Shown here: piece by piece, positions 20,457 through 31,198 of the stretch
Layout: each line of letters begins with the position of its first letter
Position numbering within the stretch: position 1 is the first letter of the stretch
Virus record (IMG/VR): IMGVR_UViG_2811994991_000003
Span: 4,601-68,600 of that record
Reading direction: 5' to 3' (one strand)
Source: a virus
Taxonomy: Duplodnaviria; Caudoviricetes
DNA: 64,000 bases
Program-made: the position numbers and the translations under genes
The notes under the pieces: model-generated
The model's input: the letters and a program-made list of their open reading frames with translations, nothing else
Databases searched by the model: none
What the model was told of the DNA's origin: nothing

Positions 20457-20701
20457 TCTAACGTCCTTATTGCTGTGAAGTTTTTACGCTATTGAGAACA
20501 ATGTTAAGTGATCATCTACCGAAGTGGTGATCATCTCAGTTTACGTAAAAACCGTATAGTAACAAGCACAAACAACCACGAATTACAGCATAAATGAATG
20601 TACCGTTGTCATCCCTGATAATAAGTTATTCATCGCGATACGGGCTTATTTCATATGCAAAGCTAACTATAAGCAATGCTAATTAATTGCTATGCTGCCC
20701 T

Positions 20702-20893
20702 TCATTTTTTAATGGTTTCGATTGTAGAACCCAAAGAAAAAACTTTTATTTTCAATAAATTATCTCGTGCAATTTCAGAAATTAAATCGAGTGCTATTTC
20801 TCGATCCCGTTCATGGCACGTTCCTTCGGTAGTCAGCCGTGCGATCAACTCAACTCGCTCAAGTATGACCAGTTCTTTTAATTCGTTTCTCAC
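20702..20893 (-). CDS. tum: Tum-like SOS antirepressor (N-terminal domain only)
   Basis: LERVELIARL...DREIALDLISEIA; after gene A, preceded by a LexA box. Confidence 0.75.
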   Translation of the reverse strand: MRNELKELVILERVELIARLTTEGTCHERDREIALDLISEIARDNLLKIKVFSLGSTIETIKK

Positions 20894-20915
20894 AAAACTT
20901 CCCTCACATGAGACA

Positions 20916-20931
20916 CTGTATAAACATACAG
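20916..20931. promoter_or_regulatory. LexA (SOS) box
   Basis: CTGTATAAACATACAG fits CTG-N10-CAG consensus, just upstream of tum. Confidence 0.88.
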
Positions 20932-21013
20932 TATAATGATTGTTCGCACAAAGTTAAATAAAAAAATAGACCATAACCCGTTGTATCATTGAGATATAAA
21001 TTTGTATGTCTGC

Positions 21014-23236
21014 TCATTTTTCTTCCGCCACTCCAGACAAAACGGCAACACGGGCAAGGATTTCCTTAGCCTTTGCAAAAAAAGGTGGGGCGGTAGAAAA
21101 AACCTCTCCCGCTTCGGATCCCCGGCACCATTTTCCGTTAAAACAGCTTTTGCCATGTGCCATCAAATGAAGCGCTTCACCCCGGCTTATAGTGATGCCA
21201 GTTAAAAGCTGTATTTCGTCAATCGTCCTGTTTATAGCGCCGTCCTGTGCTGGCGTTCCGTGGATAAAATTGCGGCGCTCGGTCGGTTTTTTATCTCTTA
21301 GCCGGTTCGTTAGCTGCCGTCGCTGATATCGATTAAGTGGTTTTGATAAATCCAGCGTCGGTGGATCGCTTTCGCTTACCGTACAGTTATTGACAGAACT
21401 CCGAGAGGGCGCGGTCGCGCCCTTAAGGTCAACGGCCAGATCAAAGGCGTGTTTCGGGACAATCTTCCACTGAGTGAGGCGGGTCAGAACCGGCGAACCA
21501 GCGCCGATCGTGGCGTCGTACACGCCGCGAATGCAGACAGTCTCCTCTCCGTACTGGTTGTACTCGGTGCGCGCTTCATAGAGCGTGCGAACCTGCAAAT
21601 CATCACGACGGACAAACGCACCGCCCTGCGCATTGACATAGCCCGCCCAGTCACCGGCATCAGCGGCATCATGAACGGCGGCAAATTCCACGCTAAGACC
21701 GTGAGCGGTTTCGGTATCAGCCAGGCGACGTAATTCACGGTAGACCGTAACAGGCGCGCCACCGATAAACTGGAATTGCCGGATGTGCCAGCGAGCCGCC
21801 CAGGCTGAAACAGCGGGAGCCGTCTCTTTTAACAGCTCGCCGCTTTCGTCGTCTTTCTCGCCATCAAGCGCATAACCATCAATATTCTTGGAAATGTATT
21901 TAGCAACATACCCCGTTGCGCTCCCTTTCTCCGGGTCTATAGCCTCGGCGTGAAAACGGGCTTTTCTGGCTTTCTCACTGCTTAGCTCGCTCTCATCTTC
22001 CTGCCACGCATAATCACGAATGACCCTGCGAACACGCTCGACATCTTCCGGCAGCATAAACATCAACATGTGCCAGTGAGGTGTTGCGTCGTGATGTGGC
22101 TCGGCGACGCGGATGCCAAAAATACGGATTTCTTCGCGGTGAAGTTTGGCGCGGATGCGCGCCCAGAGAGAGGTTAAATAATTCTGCGTATCGGACGGGC
22201 TCGCGCCGTTCCATTTGTGGTTACGGTAGCCCGCTTTAGTTGTGGCGTGATATTTCGACGGTGCGGTCAGCGTATAAAATTCACCGACATAACCAAGCTC
22301 ATTACAGATATTTTCGAACCCACGAATGCGGGCCATCAGCTCGCAGCGGCGAATGGCCGGATTAGCGACAGAGCCGTCGTATTTTTCTATCAGGCTGATG
22401 CGGTTCCCGTCTTCGTCTTCCAGCTCCAGACCTTTCAGAAACTCGCGGGTTCGGCGCTTTTGCTCGCGCCAATCAGTCACGCATGATTTGCTGGCATAGG
22501 CGTGTTTTTTCTTGCTGACGTTGCCAACGGCAATTTGCAGATGTTCGCGCCATGCCGACGCAACACGGCGCAAGCGACCACGCCACCACGTTTCATTAAA
22601 CATGCGCATTACCGCCGGGGCGATCTCATCCTGGTCGACAACTTTGTTTATCACGCGTTCCCATTGTGGCGGGGTCATATTGAATTGCATCGCAATCATA
22701 CCGGCGCGCATATACCAGCGATAAAGAGTCTTTAGTTCCCCTGCTTCAGCATCATCATTATTAGCAAGCTCACCGCGAATAAAATTCGCGATATCTGCGG
22801 CCAGGAGGTCAATGTCGGCTTTCGACATATCCGGGAGCCGGTTAAACCGCGCCACCATATTCACCAGGCGTGAGGCCAGATATTGCAACACGCCGGTATC
22901 AAAATGGCCGTTAAAAATGGCGGCAGATACATCGTGATTAATGCCGGTGGACTTATATTTTTTTGCGACCAGCTCAAGGCGCGGCAATGCTTTTTTGCAG
23001 AAGCTGATTAAAAAGGCATTGGCTCGCTGGCTGTCGTGATGTTGTTCCAGAGTGGCGACGGTGCGGTACACGTCATAACGGACGCATTCAGGCTGAAGCG
23101 ATAACGCCTTACGCGCATGCAGCAACGCCGCAATCATATGATCGCGGCGATGCTGTTCGGCGTAGGTCAGATAAGGGCTGGCGATGGCTGACCGTGGCGA
23201 GTTCCACGGCCAGGCATAGGTTACGTTTACCGTCAT
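21014..23236 (-). CDS. A: Replication endonuclease A (rolling circle)
   Basis: TLTAPSKYH, EPHHDATPHWH (HUH), YVAKYISKNIDG. Confidence 0.97.
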   Translation of the reverse strand: MTVNVTYAWPWNSPRSAIASPYLTYAEQHRRDHMIAALLHARKALSLQPECVRYDVYRTVATLEQHHDSQRANAFLISFCKKALPRLELVAKKYKSTGINHDVSAAIFNGHFDTGVLQYLASRLVNMVARFNRLPDMSKADIDLLAADIANFIRGELANNDDAEAGELKTLYRWYMRAGMIAMQFNMTPPQWERVINKVVDQDEIAPAVMRMFNETWWRGRLRRVASAWREHLQIAVGNVSKKKHAYASKSCVTDWREQKRRTREFLKGLELEDEDGNRISLIEKYDGSVANPAIRRCELMARIRGFENICNELGYVGEFYTLTAPSKYHATTKAGYRNHKWNGASPSDTQNYLTSLWARIRAKLHREEIRIFGIRVAEPHHDATPHWHMLMFMLPEDVERVRRVIRDYAWQEDESELSSEKARKARFHAEAIDPEKGSATGYVAKYISKNIDGYALDGEKDDESGELLKETAPAVSAWAARWHIRQFQFIGGAPVTVYRELRRLADTETAHGLSVEFAAVHDAADAGDWAGYVNAQGGAFVRRDDLQVRTLYEARTEYNQYGEETVCIRGVYDATIGAGSPVLTRLTQWKIVPKHAFDLAVDLKGATAPSRSSVNNCTVSESDPPTLDLSKPLNRYQRRQLTNRLRDKKPTERRNFIHGTPAQDGAINRTIDEIQLLTGITISRGEALHLMAHGKSCFNGKWCRGSEAGEVFSTAPPFFAKAKEILARVAVLSGVAEEK

Positions 23237-23508
23237 GTTGCGCTGGCCTGGCGGCGCTCAATGCTTAACATCACATATCCCGGCGCCCATTCGCTGACAT
23301 CAGTGATATGGGTAATCCGCACGAAAATAAAAGCACCTGTAAACCCGACAAGATTTGCATCATGTTCGGACTCGCCATATTCATTCAGACAGAGCGAATC
23401 CCCGACTGCGAAATCACGGTCGGCGCGACGAAACTCCGCTTTTTTAATACCGAGAAGCACATCCCGAAAATGTTCCGGTCGTGTTTTGAGGTTATGTGTC
23501 TTGCTCAA
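23233..23508 (-). CDS. DUF3850 / ASCH-PUA-like protein
   Basis: HNLKTRPEHF...GIKKAEFRRADRDFAVGD.L.LNEY. Confidence 0.75.
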   Translation of the reverse strand: MSKTHNLKTRPEHFRDVLLGIKKAEFRRADRDFAVGDSLCLNEYGESEHDANLVGFTGAFIFVRITHITDVSEWAPGYVMLSIERRQASAT

Positions 23509-23729
23509 ATTGCCCCCCTGTAATGCTTGTTTTTGAGTTCGAGCATTTGCTGGCAGGTCACGCAAAGCGTTACGCCATAAATCGCCATGCGACGGGCTTC
23601 CGGGATTGGGGCGTCACACTCTTCGCAGATAAAACGCGATGGCGTGCTTATACGGCTGCGCGCGTTGTTGATATGGCGCTCGCGTTCTTCCTGCTCGCGC
23701 TGTTGGATGTGATCCATTGCATCGGCCAT
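23505..23729 (-). CDS. TraR/DksA C4 zinc-finger protein
   Basis: CEECDAPIPEARR...CVTCQ. Confidence 0.92.
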   Translation of the reverse strand: MADAMDHIQQREQEERERHINNARSRISTPSRFICEECDAPIPEARRMAIYGVTLCVTCQQMLELKNKHYRGAI

Positions 23730-23956
23730 CAGTGGAGCTCCTGAGATTCGTTTTCGTAGCGAACAGCTTCAAGGCGCAGCAGTTCCGCCGCTTCTTTACC
23801 GCTCAGGCCTTTTTTAGTGATATGGATAGCCAGCGCCTCAAGACGAATAGACACAGCTAAAGCGCGGTCTCGGCGCTCTTCGTTTTTGGCTTTATTAAGC
23901 AAGCTGACCAGTACATCGTTATCAGCTTCAAAATTGCGGGTTTCGATATTTTGCAT
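23729..23956 (-). CDS. DUF2732 family early protein
   Basis: 75 aa, EAAELLRLEAVRYENE; conserved early-operon position. Confidence 0.75.
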   Translation of the reverse strand: MQNIETRNFEADNDVLVSLLNKAKNEERRDRALAVSIRLEALAIHITKKGLSGKEAAELLRLEAVRYENESQELH

Positions 23957-24023
23957 TTTGCTTTCTCCTGAATTTGGGCAAAGAAATGCCCGGCGGGTTT
24001 ACGCCATTAAATTGCTGTTGGTA

Positions 24024-24362
24024 TTAGTTCGGCATAGTTAGCCGTTTTGGAAATAAACTCACGACTGCACGAAAATGGTTCATTGCTGATATAAGCGCTT
24101 TTTTCTCGTCAGTAGTCAGCTCACTTAATTTGAGCCCGTGACGAGCTGCCGGTATTTTTGCCAGAAAGAAAATAGCGGCCAGTGCGCGCTCGTTGTCTTC
24201 ATGCTGTGGGTCGCGTGTGTCACGCATGTTCGCGACGAATTGCTCGACCTCTTTCCAGCTATCACCCCAGAACCGCCCGCGTATTTCAGCGATATGATTC
24301 AGGCCGGCCATGCGCGCGCCGGTGCTCAGCGGAACCGTTGCGGAAACAGCTTCGATAGCCAT
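24024..24362 (-). CDS. Conserved early protein (DUF5347-like)
   Basis: MAIEAVSATVPLS...ALISAMNHFRAVVSLFP. Confidence 0.65.
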   Translation of the reverse strand: MAIEAVSATVPLSTGARMAGLNHIAEIRGRFWGDSWKEVEQFVANMRDTRDPQHEDNERALAAIFFLAKIPAARHGLKLSELTTDEKKALISAMNHFRAVVSLFPKRLTMPN

Positions 24363-24514
24363 GCAGCCCCCTTGGAAGAAACAGGCTTTGCCTGAGTTTG
24401 TGAGCGCACCGGATGCCAGCGCTGACCGTTCTCGCCGACAATCCAGCCGTGGCCGTAATGCATAGACGGGTTTTGTTTAACAAGTAATGACGCAAATGAA
24501 GGTGCGTTTTTCAT
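24326..24514 (-). CDS. Small early protein (Fil-like)
   Basis: SFASLLVKQNPSMHYGHGWI...WHP; follows cII as in phage 186. Confidence 0.6.
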   Translation of the reverse strand: MKNAPSFASLLVKQNPSMHYGHGWIVGENGQRWHPVRSQTQAKPVSSKGAAWLSKLFPQRFR

Positions 24515-24521
24515 CATCACC

Positions 24522-25031
24522 TCACATCAGGCCAAAAGACGCGCCGAGGCCGCTAACGGTATCGACGACACTGGACATTGCCGGGTTAGCCTGGAGGCGC
24601 GCTTGTAGTGCCAGAGCTGTCAACGAAAGCATGCGTATACCAGAATTCACACTCTCGACCATACTGTGCTTCCTCGCCGGGGTAAGACGTTCAGAGGAAA
24701 CAGCACCGCCAGCCAGATCGCCGAGCTCAGTCATAGCGCGCATGACATAGGTTTGTAATTTCTCCTTTGCCAATTCGTTGACTGGTACACAGGGTAAGCA
24801 GTGAAGCATCGCCAGAAAGCCGTCAACGAGCGCAGAGTCTTCAGTAAGATCGGTAAGTAGCCAAATTTCCGGCGGTGTGAGGTGGTGAGGCTGCTCCGGG
24901 TTGAGCTTGTTTCGTAAAGTTTGAACATTCATACCCGCGCGCTCGGCCAGCTTCGCCATATTATGACGCTGCGCGAAAGCCCGGCACGCTTCGTCATAAT
25001 GGGGATGTTTGGAAACCTGAAAATCAAACAT
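24522..25031 (-). CDS. cII: 186-type CII activator
   Basis: 169 aa, MFDFQVSKHPHYDEACRAFA...QTLRNKLNPEQPH. Confidence 0.92.
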   Translation of the reverse strand: MFDFQVSKHPHYDEACRAFAQRHNMAKLAERAGMNVQTLRNKLNPEQPHHLTPPEIWLLTDLTEDSALVDGFLAMLHCLPCVPVNELAKEKLQTYVMRAMTELGDLAGGAVSSERLTPARKHSMVESVNSGIRMLSLTALALQARLQANPAMSSVVDTVSGLGASFGLM

Positions 25032-25061
25032 GTCGCATCCTTAAAATTCACTTAAAGTGAA

Positions 25062-25325
25062 TTAAGCGCCAATGACGAGTTGAAAACGGGAATGGCCCAA
25101 CGCTTTACGCATTTGTTCTTCTTTCCAGCGCGCGTAATAAATCCGGATAGGGCCACCTGCTTTTTTGCAGCCTTTACGGATCACGCGTTGCTCGATTGGC
25201 ACGCGAGGATTGTCGCCAGTTGTCCAACGATATGCGGTACGCTCAGAGACACCCTCTAACTCTGCAAACTGCCGCAGGCTGACAATAGGTGCGGGGATAT
25301 TGATGATTGCGATTTCAGAAGCCAT
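25062..25325 (-). CDS. apl: Apl/Cox excisionase-repressor
   Basis: 87 aa, MASEIAIINIPAPIVSLRQFAELEGVS. Confidence 0.9.
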   Translation of the reverse strand: MASEIAIINIPAPIVSLRQFAELEGVSERTAYRWTTGDNPRVPIEQRVIRKGCKKAGGPIRIYYARWKEEQMRKALGHSRFQLVIGA

Positions 25326-25373
25326 ATAGCATGATCCCTAAATTGATAGTTTCTTGACAGTGTGCGCATAGTT

Positions 25374-25400
25374 TTTGCCGACGTTTGCCACTCACTGCCA
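25374..25400. promoter_or_regulatory. Putative Apl operator repeats in the pR/pL switch
   Basis: TGCC repeats at about 10-11 bp spacing; TGGC repeats also occur next to att (about 28008-28067). Confidence 0.5.
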
Positions 25401-25460
25401 CCGTTCATAGCGATACTAATATTAATTTTGGTATCAAGCAACATGGGAATTCCAATTTTA

Positions 25461-26033
25461 ATGATTGAGACTAATTTTAATAACGAGGCGTTACTAAATA
25501 GAATTTGCGAGGTCTACGGATTTACTCAAAAAATTCAACTCGCGAATCACTTCAAGATTGCCGCCAGCTCCTTACAGAATCGCTATACACGAGGCAACAT
25601 GTCGTATGATTTTGCGGTGCTTTGTGCCCTTGAAACCGGCGTTAGCCTTAAATGGCTAATGACTGGTGAGGGAGATAAAAACCTATCAAATGATGAGCCA
25701 CAGCACTCCGTAGAGCTTCCTCTGTTCGAATTGAGTGAAGGTGAGACAACCAATATTGGTAGCCTTTCGTTAGACCAGAAGCTTTTTACTAAGCCACTAA
25801 AAAAAGGGATTTCGGTCAAAAGCGATAACCGCACATACGTAATTGAGAAAGAGTCCTCTTTATCTGATGGCCTTTGGTTAGTTGATATAGAAGGTGCAGC
25901 CAGCCTACGTGAACTAACCGTTCTTCCCGGTAAAAAATTACATGTAGCCGGTGGAAAAGTGCCGTTTGAATGCGGGATTGATGAAATAAAAACGATTGGT
26001 CGTGTTGTGGGTGTTTACAGCGAGGTTAATTAA
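25461..26033 (+). CDS. cI: 186-type CI immunity repressor
   Basis: RICEVYGFTQKIQLANHF...CALETGVSLKWLMTGEG. Confidence 0.93.
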   Translation: MIETNFNNEALLNRICEVYGFTQKIQLANHFKIAASSLQNRYTRGNMSYDFAVLCALETGVSLKWLMTGEGDKNLSNDEPQHSVELPLFELSEGETTNIGSLSLDQKLFTKPLKKGISVKSDNRTYVIEKESSLSDGLWLVDIEGAASLRELTVLPGKKLHVAGGKVPFECGIDEIKTIGRVVGVYSEVN

Positions 26034-27070
26034 TGACTGTCCGTAAAAATCCTGCTGGCGGCTGGATTTGCGAGCTTTATCCGAACGGGGCAAAAGGCAA
26101 ACGCATCAGAAAGAAATTCGCCACCAAAGGCGAGGCGCTGGCGTTCGAACAGTACACAGTTCAAAACCCGTGGCAGGAAGAAAAGGAAGACAGACGGACT
26201 TTAAAAGACCTAATCGACTCATGGTATAGCGCTCACGGTATTACCCTTAAAGACGGTCTCAAACGCCAGTTAGCGATGCATCATGCTTTTGAGTGTATGG
26301 GCGAACCGCTTGCACGCGATTTCGATGCGCAGATGTTTTCCCGCTACCGTGAAAAGAGGCTAAAGGGTGAATATGCCCGTTCAAACAGGGTTAAAGAAGT
26401 ATCGCCCCGCACGCTTAATCTTGAGTTAGCCTACTTTCGCGCGGTATTCAATGAGCTAAACCGCCTCGGTGAATGGAAAGGCGAAAACCCGCTAAAAAAT
26501 ATGCGCCCTTTCCGCACAGAAGAAATGGAAATGGCTTGGCTAACTCACGATCAGATTTCGTTACTTCTCGGAGAGTGCAAACGTCACGACCACCCTGATT
26601 TAGAAACCGTGGTAAAAATCTGTCTCGCCACTGGCGCACGGTGGTCAGAGGCCGAAAGCCTGAGAAAAAGCCAACTCACTGAATACAAAGTCACATACAC
26701 CAACACTAAAGGCAGAAAAAACCGCACCGTTCCAATCAGCAAAGAGCTCTACGAGTCCCTGCCTGATGATAAAAAAAGTCGGTTGTTCAGTGATTGTTAT
26801 GGCGCGTTCCGGTCTGCACTCGAAAGAACAGGAATCGAATTACCTGCTGGACAACTTACCCACGTTTTACGCCACACCTTCGCCAGCCACTTTATGATGA
26901 ATGGTGGTAATATTCTGGTCTTGCAGCGTGTGCTCGGCCATACCGATATCAAAATGACAATGCGCTATGCTCACTTTGCACCAGATCACTTAGAAGATGC
27001 TGTAAAACTTAACCCACTGTATTTCACTGCCAAGAAAGAAGGTCAACAAAATGGCATTAGTAAGATCTGA
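26033..27070 (+). CDS. int: Tyrosine integrase (186-type)
   Basis: TGARWSE, HVLRHTFASH, LGH, MRYAH. Confidence 0.97.
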   Translation: MTVRKNPAGGWICELYPNGAKGKRIRKKFATKGEALAFEQYTVQNPWQEEKEDRRTLKDLIDSWYSAHGITLKDGLKRQLAMHHAFECMGEPLARDFDAQMFSRYREKRLKGEYARSNRVKEVSPRTLNLELAYFRAVFNELNRLGEWKGENPLKNMRPFRTEEMEMAWLTHDQISLLLGECKRHDHPDLETVVKICLATGARWSEAESLRKSQLTEYKVTYTNTKGRKNRTVPISKELYESLPDDKKSRLFSDCYGAFRSALERTGIELPAGQLTHVLRHTFASHFMMNGGNILVLQRVLGHTDIKMTMRYAHFAPDHLEDAVKLNPLYFTAKKEGQQNGISKI

Positions 27071-28004
27071 ACATGAGTTAGAACTGGCTAAAGATCTTTT
27101 AGATGATATCGAGCTATCCAGACTGAACGCAGAACCGCTATTTCTTAAAGCTGCAAGGTTGGCTCGCTTATGCGGAACTGAAGAATTCAAAAAGTGGATT
27201 GGCTTCGAATTAAGAGGTTATGTATCAGGCGATGAAACCTCAATAAAGTACATGACTAAAACTAACCGATGGACCAATCGCGAAGAAAATAAAGGATATT
27301 GGGTACCAATATCACAAATTGAGGCAGTCATAAATTCACAAAAATTGAAGTTAAATACTTTAAGCACCCCTAACATTAGCGGGGTTTCAGCAGCAGTAAT
27401 AATCATGAAGAAACACCACGATATGGTGAATGCTGTTTCCAACTCTATATCAACTTATACAGGAATTAAAAGTCGGGCGTTAGGCATACTACATGATTTT
27501 GTTTCATCCATTTATTATGAAAAAGAGCTCGATCATTTAGCTGAATCAATTTTTGAAAAGTATAAAAATGAAATTGATACATTAATATCTGACTTATGTG
27601 AAGATGTGCTTCAACAAATACCATCTGTTGTAAATCGGTTAGCTGAGGGAGATGAAGAGTCCGTTAGCCAGGCTCTCACTACCGTAAGACGCATAATTGA
27701 TAGCTTCGCTGACACAATTTTTCCTCCATCAGAAGGGACTTACGAAATAGGCGGCGAAGCCCTATCCCTCGGCCCAGCCCGCCACCTCAATCGTCTGAAT
27801 GTTTTTGTACATCAGCGAATTGAAAGCAAAGGAAGAAAAGATAAGATTCGGCAAAACCTTAAAAATCTATATGCACGAGTATCAACTGGTGTGCATGCTG
27901 ACGTTTCAGTTGAAGAAGCACAATCCCTTTTCCTCAATTGCTATCTTATACTCGGTGAGATCTTGCACATTGCAACACTAAACAAGATCGAAAAGCATGA
28001 TTAG
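27051..28004 (+). CDS. AbiTii-like protein (putative abortive infection)
   Basis: LKAARLARL...KWIGFELRGY N-terminal motif; C-terminal S.GVH HEPN-like segment; AT-rich; overlaps int. Confidence 0.65.
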   Translation: MALVRSEHELELAKDLLDDIELSRLNAEPLFLKAARLARLCGTEEFKKWIGFELRGYVSGDETSIKYMTKTNRWTNREENKGYWVPISQIEAVINSQKLKLNTLSTPNISGVSAAVIIMKKHHDMVNAVSNSISTYTGIKSRALGILHDFVSSIYYEKELDHLAESIFEKYKNEIDTLISDLCEDVLQQIPSVVNRLAEGDEESVSQALTTVRRIIDSFADTIFPPSEGTYEIGGEALSLGPARHLNRLNVFVHQRIESKGRKDKIRQNLKNLYARVSTGVHADVSVEEAQSLFLNCYLILGEILHIATLNKIEKHD

Positions 28005-28121
28005 CATTGGCGATAAAATGGCGATGGAAAAAGCGAATAATGGATAATTATTGGCAAACAGTGGCAACCTAAGTCAATGATAAGTAATGCAAACTATTGA
28101 TTTTCGGTTGTTACTGTAAGA

Positions 28122-28167
28122 ACTCATAATCGCTTGGTCGTTGGTTCAAACCCAACAGGGGCCACCA
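28122..28167 (+). other. Prophage att core: 3' half of tRNA-Ile2/Met (CAT anticodon)
   Basis: ACTCATAATCGCTTGGTCGTTGGTTCAAACCCAACAGGGGCCACCA; 5' half of the tRNA is absent. Confidence 0.88.
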
Positions 28168-28214
28168 AATAAAACAAGGGGTTACGATAAAAACGTAGCC
28201 CCTTAATTTTTCCC

Positions 28215-28246
28215 AGGATACTCATAGGATACTCATAGGATACTCA
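28215..28246 (+). repeat. 11-bp tandem repeat AGGATACTCAT, about 3 copies
   Basis: Directly visible after att and a hairpin. Confidence 0.85.
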
Positions 28247-28432
28247 AGAAAAGTAGCGCAAAGTATCTTTGAAAAAAACTAAGCAAATTTTTTGCCCAGC
28301 AATGTTTACCGCGTGCGCGGAGATAACCAAAGTGACGGTGAGCAATAAAAACAATGAGATGGTGAACTAGCTCGTAGGTAGAGCGGATCTCCTAAATTTT
28401 TAGGAGAATGATTCACGAACGTGAGCGGTGAT

Positions 28433-28724
28433 TGACCTGCTCCCCGTTGATTAATACACCGCGATGTTAGTAATGTCTTCATAAGCCACATGAGGACATC
28501 CCCATGAAGAAGCGTTTTTCCGACGAACAGATCATCAGTATCCTCCGCGAGGCTGAAGCCGGGGTTTCTGCCCGTGAGCTCTGCCGTAAGCACGCCATTT
28601 CCGACGCCACCTTTTACACTTGGCGCAAGAAGTATGGCGGTATGGAGGTGCCCGAGGTTAAGCGCCTGAAGTCGCTTGAGGAAGAGAACGCCAGACTCAA
28701 GAAGCTGCTTGCCGAAGCCATGCT
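28433..28724 (+). mobile_element. Truncated IS3-family (IS407 group) element: left IR plus partial orfA
   Basis: TGACCTGCTCCCC end; MKKRFSDEQIISILREAEAG orfA from 28504, cut by the next IS. Confidence 0.85.
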
Positions 28725-28732
28725 TGTTGTGG

Positions 28733-29901
<1,169 letters not shown>

Positions 29902-29973
29902 TATGGCACCTGTGTTGTTCTGAGGTGAGCATATCACCTCTGTTCAGGTGGCCAAATTCAGTAAACCACTTCA

Positions 29974-31182
29974 GTTGAGGATGCTAAACGAGACCGGGAG
30001 AAGCTCGCAGACCCCTTGGTTATACGTGACGTACTGCTGGAATTAGGTACACAACAAGACCTCAGACACCACTCATTAGACGATATCCTCAATGATGAGA
30101 CACTCCTGACGGAGCCATCTAACAATGCTTCTGAAAATAACGAGGCCTATGAAGCCGATGATGTACGCAGTATTATCGGCTTTTCCATGCTCTTACAGCA
30201 TGTTTTACGCCTTTTTCTGTTACATCAGCAACGCGATGATATCAGCAAAATCCTAGACAAAGAGCTGTTACAGATCTTCCAGACTCATTGGCTGGCGGGG
30301 CTAGCCCAGTGTGAGAAATCAGAACAAGCCAATCAGATACGTCGCTTTATCGAATTGTTGTGGCGTTGCCGCTATCTATTTGACAAACACATCATCAAAT
30401 GGATTAGCGATGATGCTAATGAAGAAAGTCATGGTATTCGTCGCCTCCGAGTGAATGAAAATCGGAACGGTTACCAAAGCCTTATTCGCGCTAGCCGTGA
30501 TGCCGATAGCGGGTTTGCTATGTTACAAAGCATGCTCTATCACTCACAGCAATTGACCACCCATTACTGGCTAACTCCCCTGCTTAGTTACCTACTAAAC
30601 CATGGCGGTGAAAGTGCCCACCGATACCTGCAATATCTGGACAATCACTTGCTTTGCAGTGGCAGTGAACAGCCACTGATCGAACGAACCCGTGCGTTTG
30701 TGTTAAATCCATGGTGCGATAGCTATCCGATCCGCGATATGCAGGCAGTGCTGAGAGCTGATGAGGGAACCGGATTTTCTCACTACTGGTTTTACAAGCT
30801 GGAATATATTCTTTGGGAGCATTACCGCTTTCAAAAAGGGAATGCCTGGCAGGCATTCCGAATGACGGCCAGGAATTCAGTGGAGCATGTTTCCCCACAG
30901 CAGCCTGAGCATTTTGATTCCAACCGAGTGAGCTCTGAAATACTGGACTGTTTTGGTAATTTAGGGCTAGTTTCACGCAGTATCAACTCAGAGTACGGCA
31001 ACAAACCCTATGTTGAAAAACGGGCTCGTTTCATTGAGCGTAACCAGAGCAGGGTGGACTCACTCAAGTTGGCACTGATTTATGAAAATGAGCAGTGGAA
31101 TGACGTGCTAGCATTGGCTCATCAGCAACAAATGCTTGAGGAATATAACGCATATTTTTCTGAGGTGGAGCTCGGGAAATAG
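29974..31182 (+). pseudogene. 5'-truncated GmrSD-like (DUF262/DUF1524 HNH) nuclease
   Basis: SVEHVSPQ...FGNLGLVSRSINSEYGNK DUF1524 motif; frame is open up to the IS911 end with no convincing native start. Confidence 0.75.
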
Positions 31183-31198
31183 CCTTCAGTAGAAATCC

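Larger units (their letters stand above)
1..28167. mobile_element. 186/P2-like (Peduoviridae) prophage, left part outside window
   Basis: Canonical P2/186 gene order from tail to integrase, P2 cos, tRNA 3' fragment as att. Confidence 0.97.

Noticed and set aside
28090-28167. Intact tRNA gene
   Set aside because: Only the anticodon loop to CCA is present; upstream sequence cannot form the D-arm or acceptor 5' strand
28215-28246. Short repeats as a CRISPR array
   Set aside because: 11-bp tandem units without spacers; no cas genes in the window
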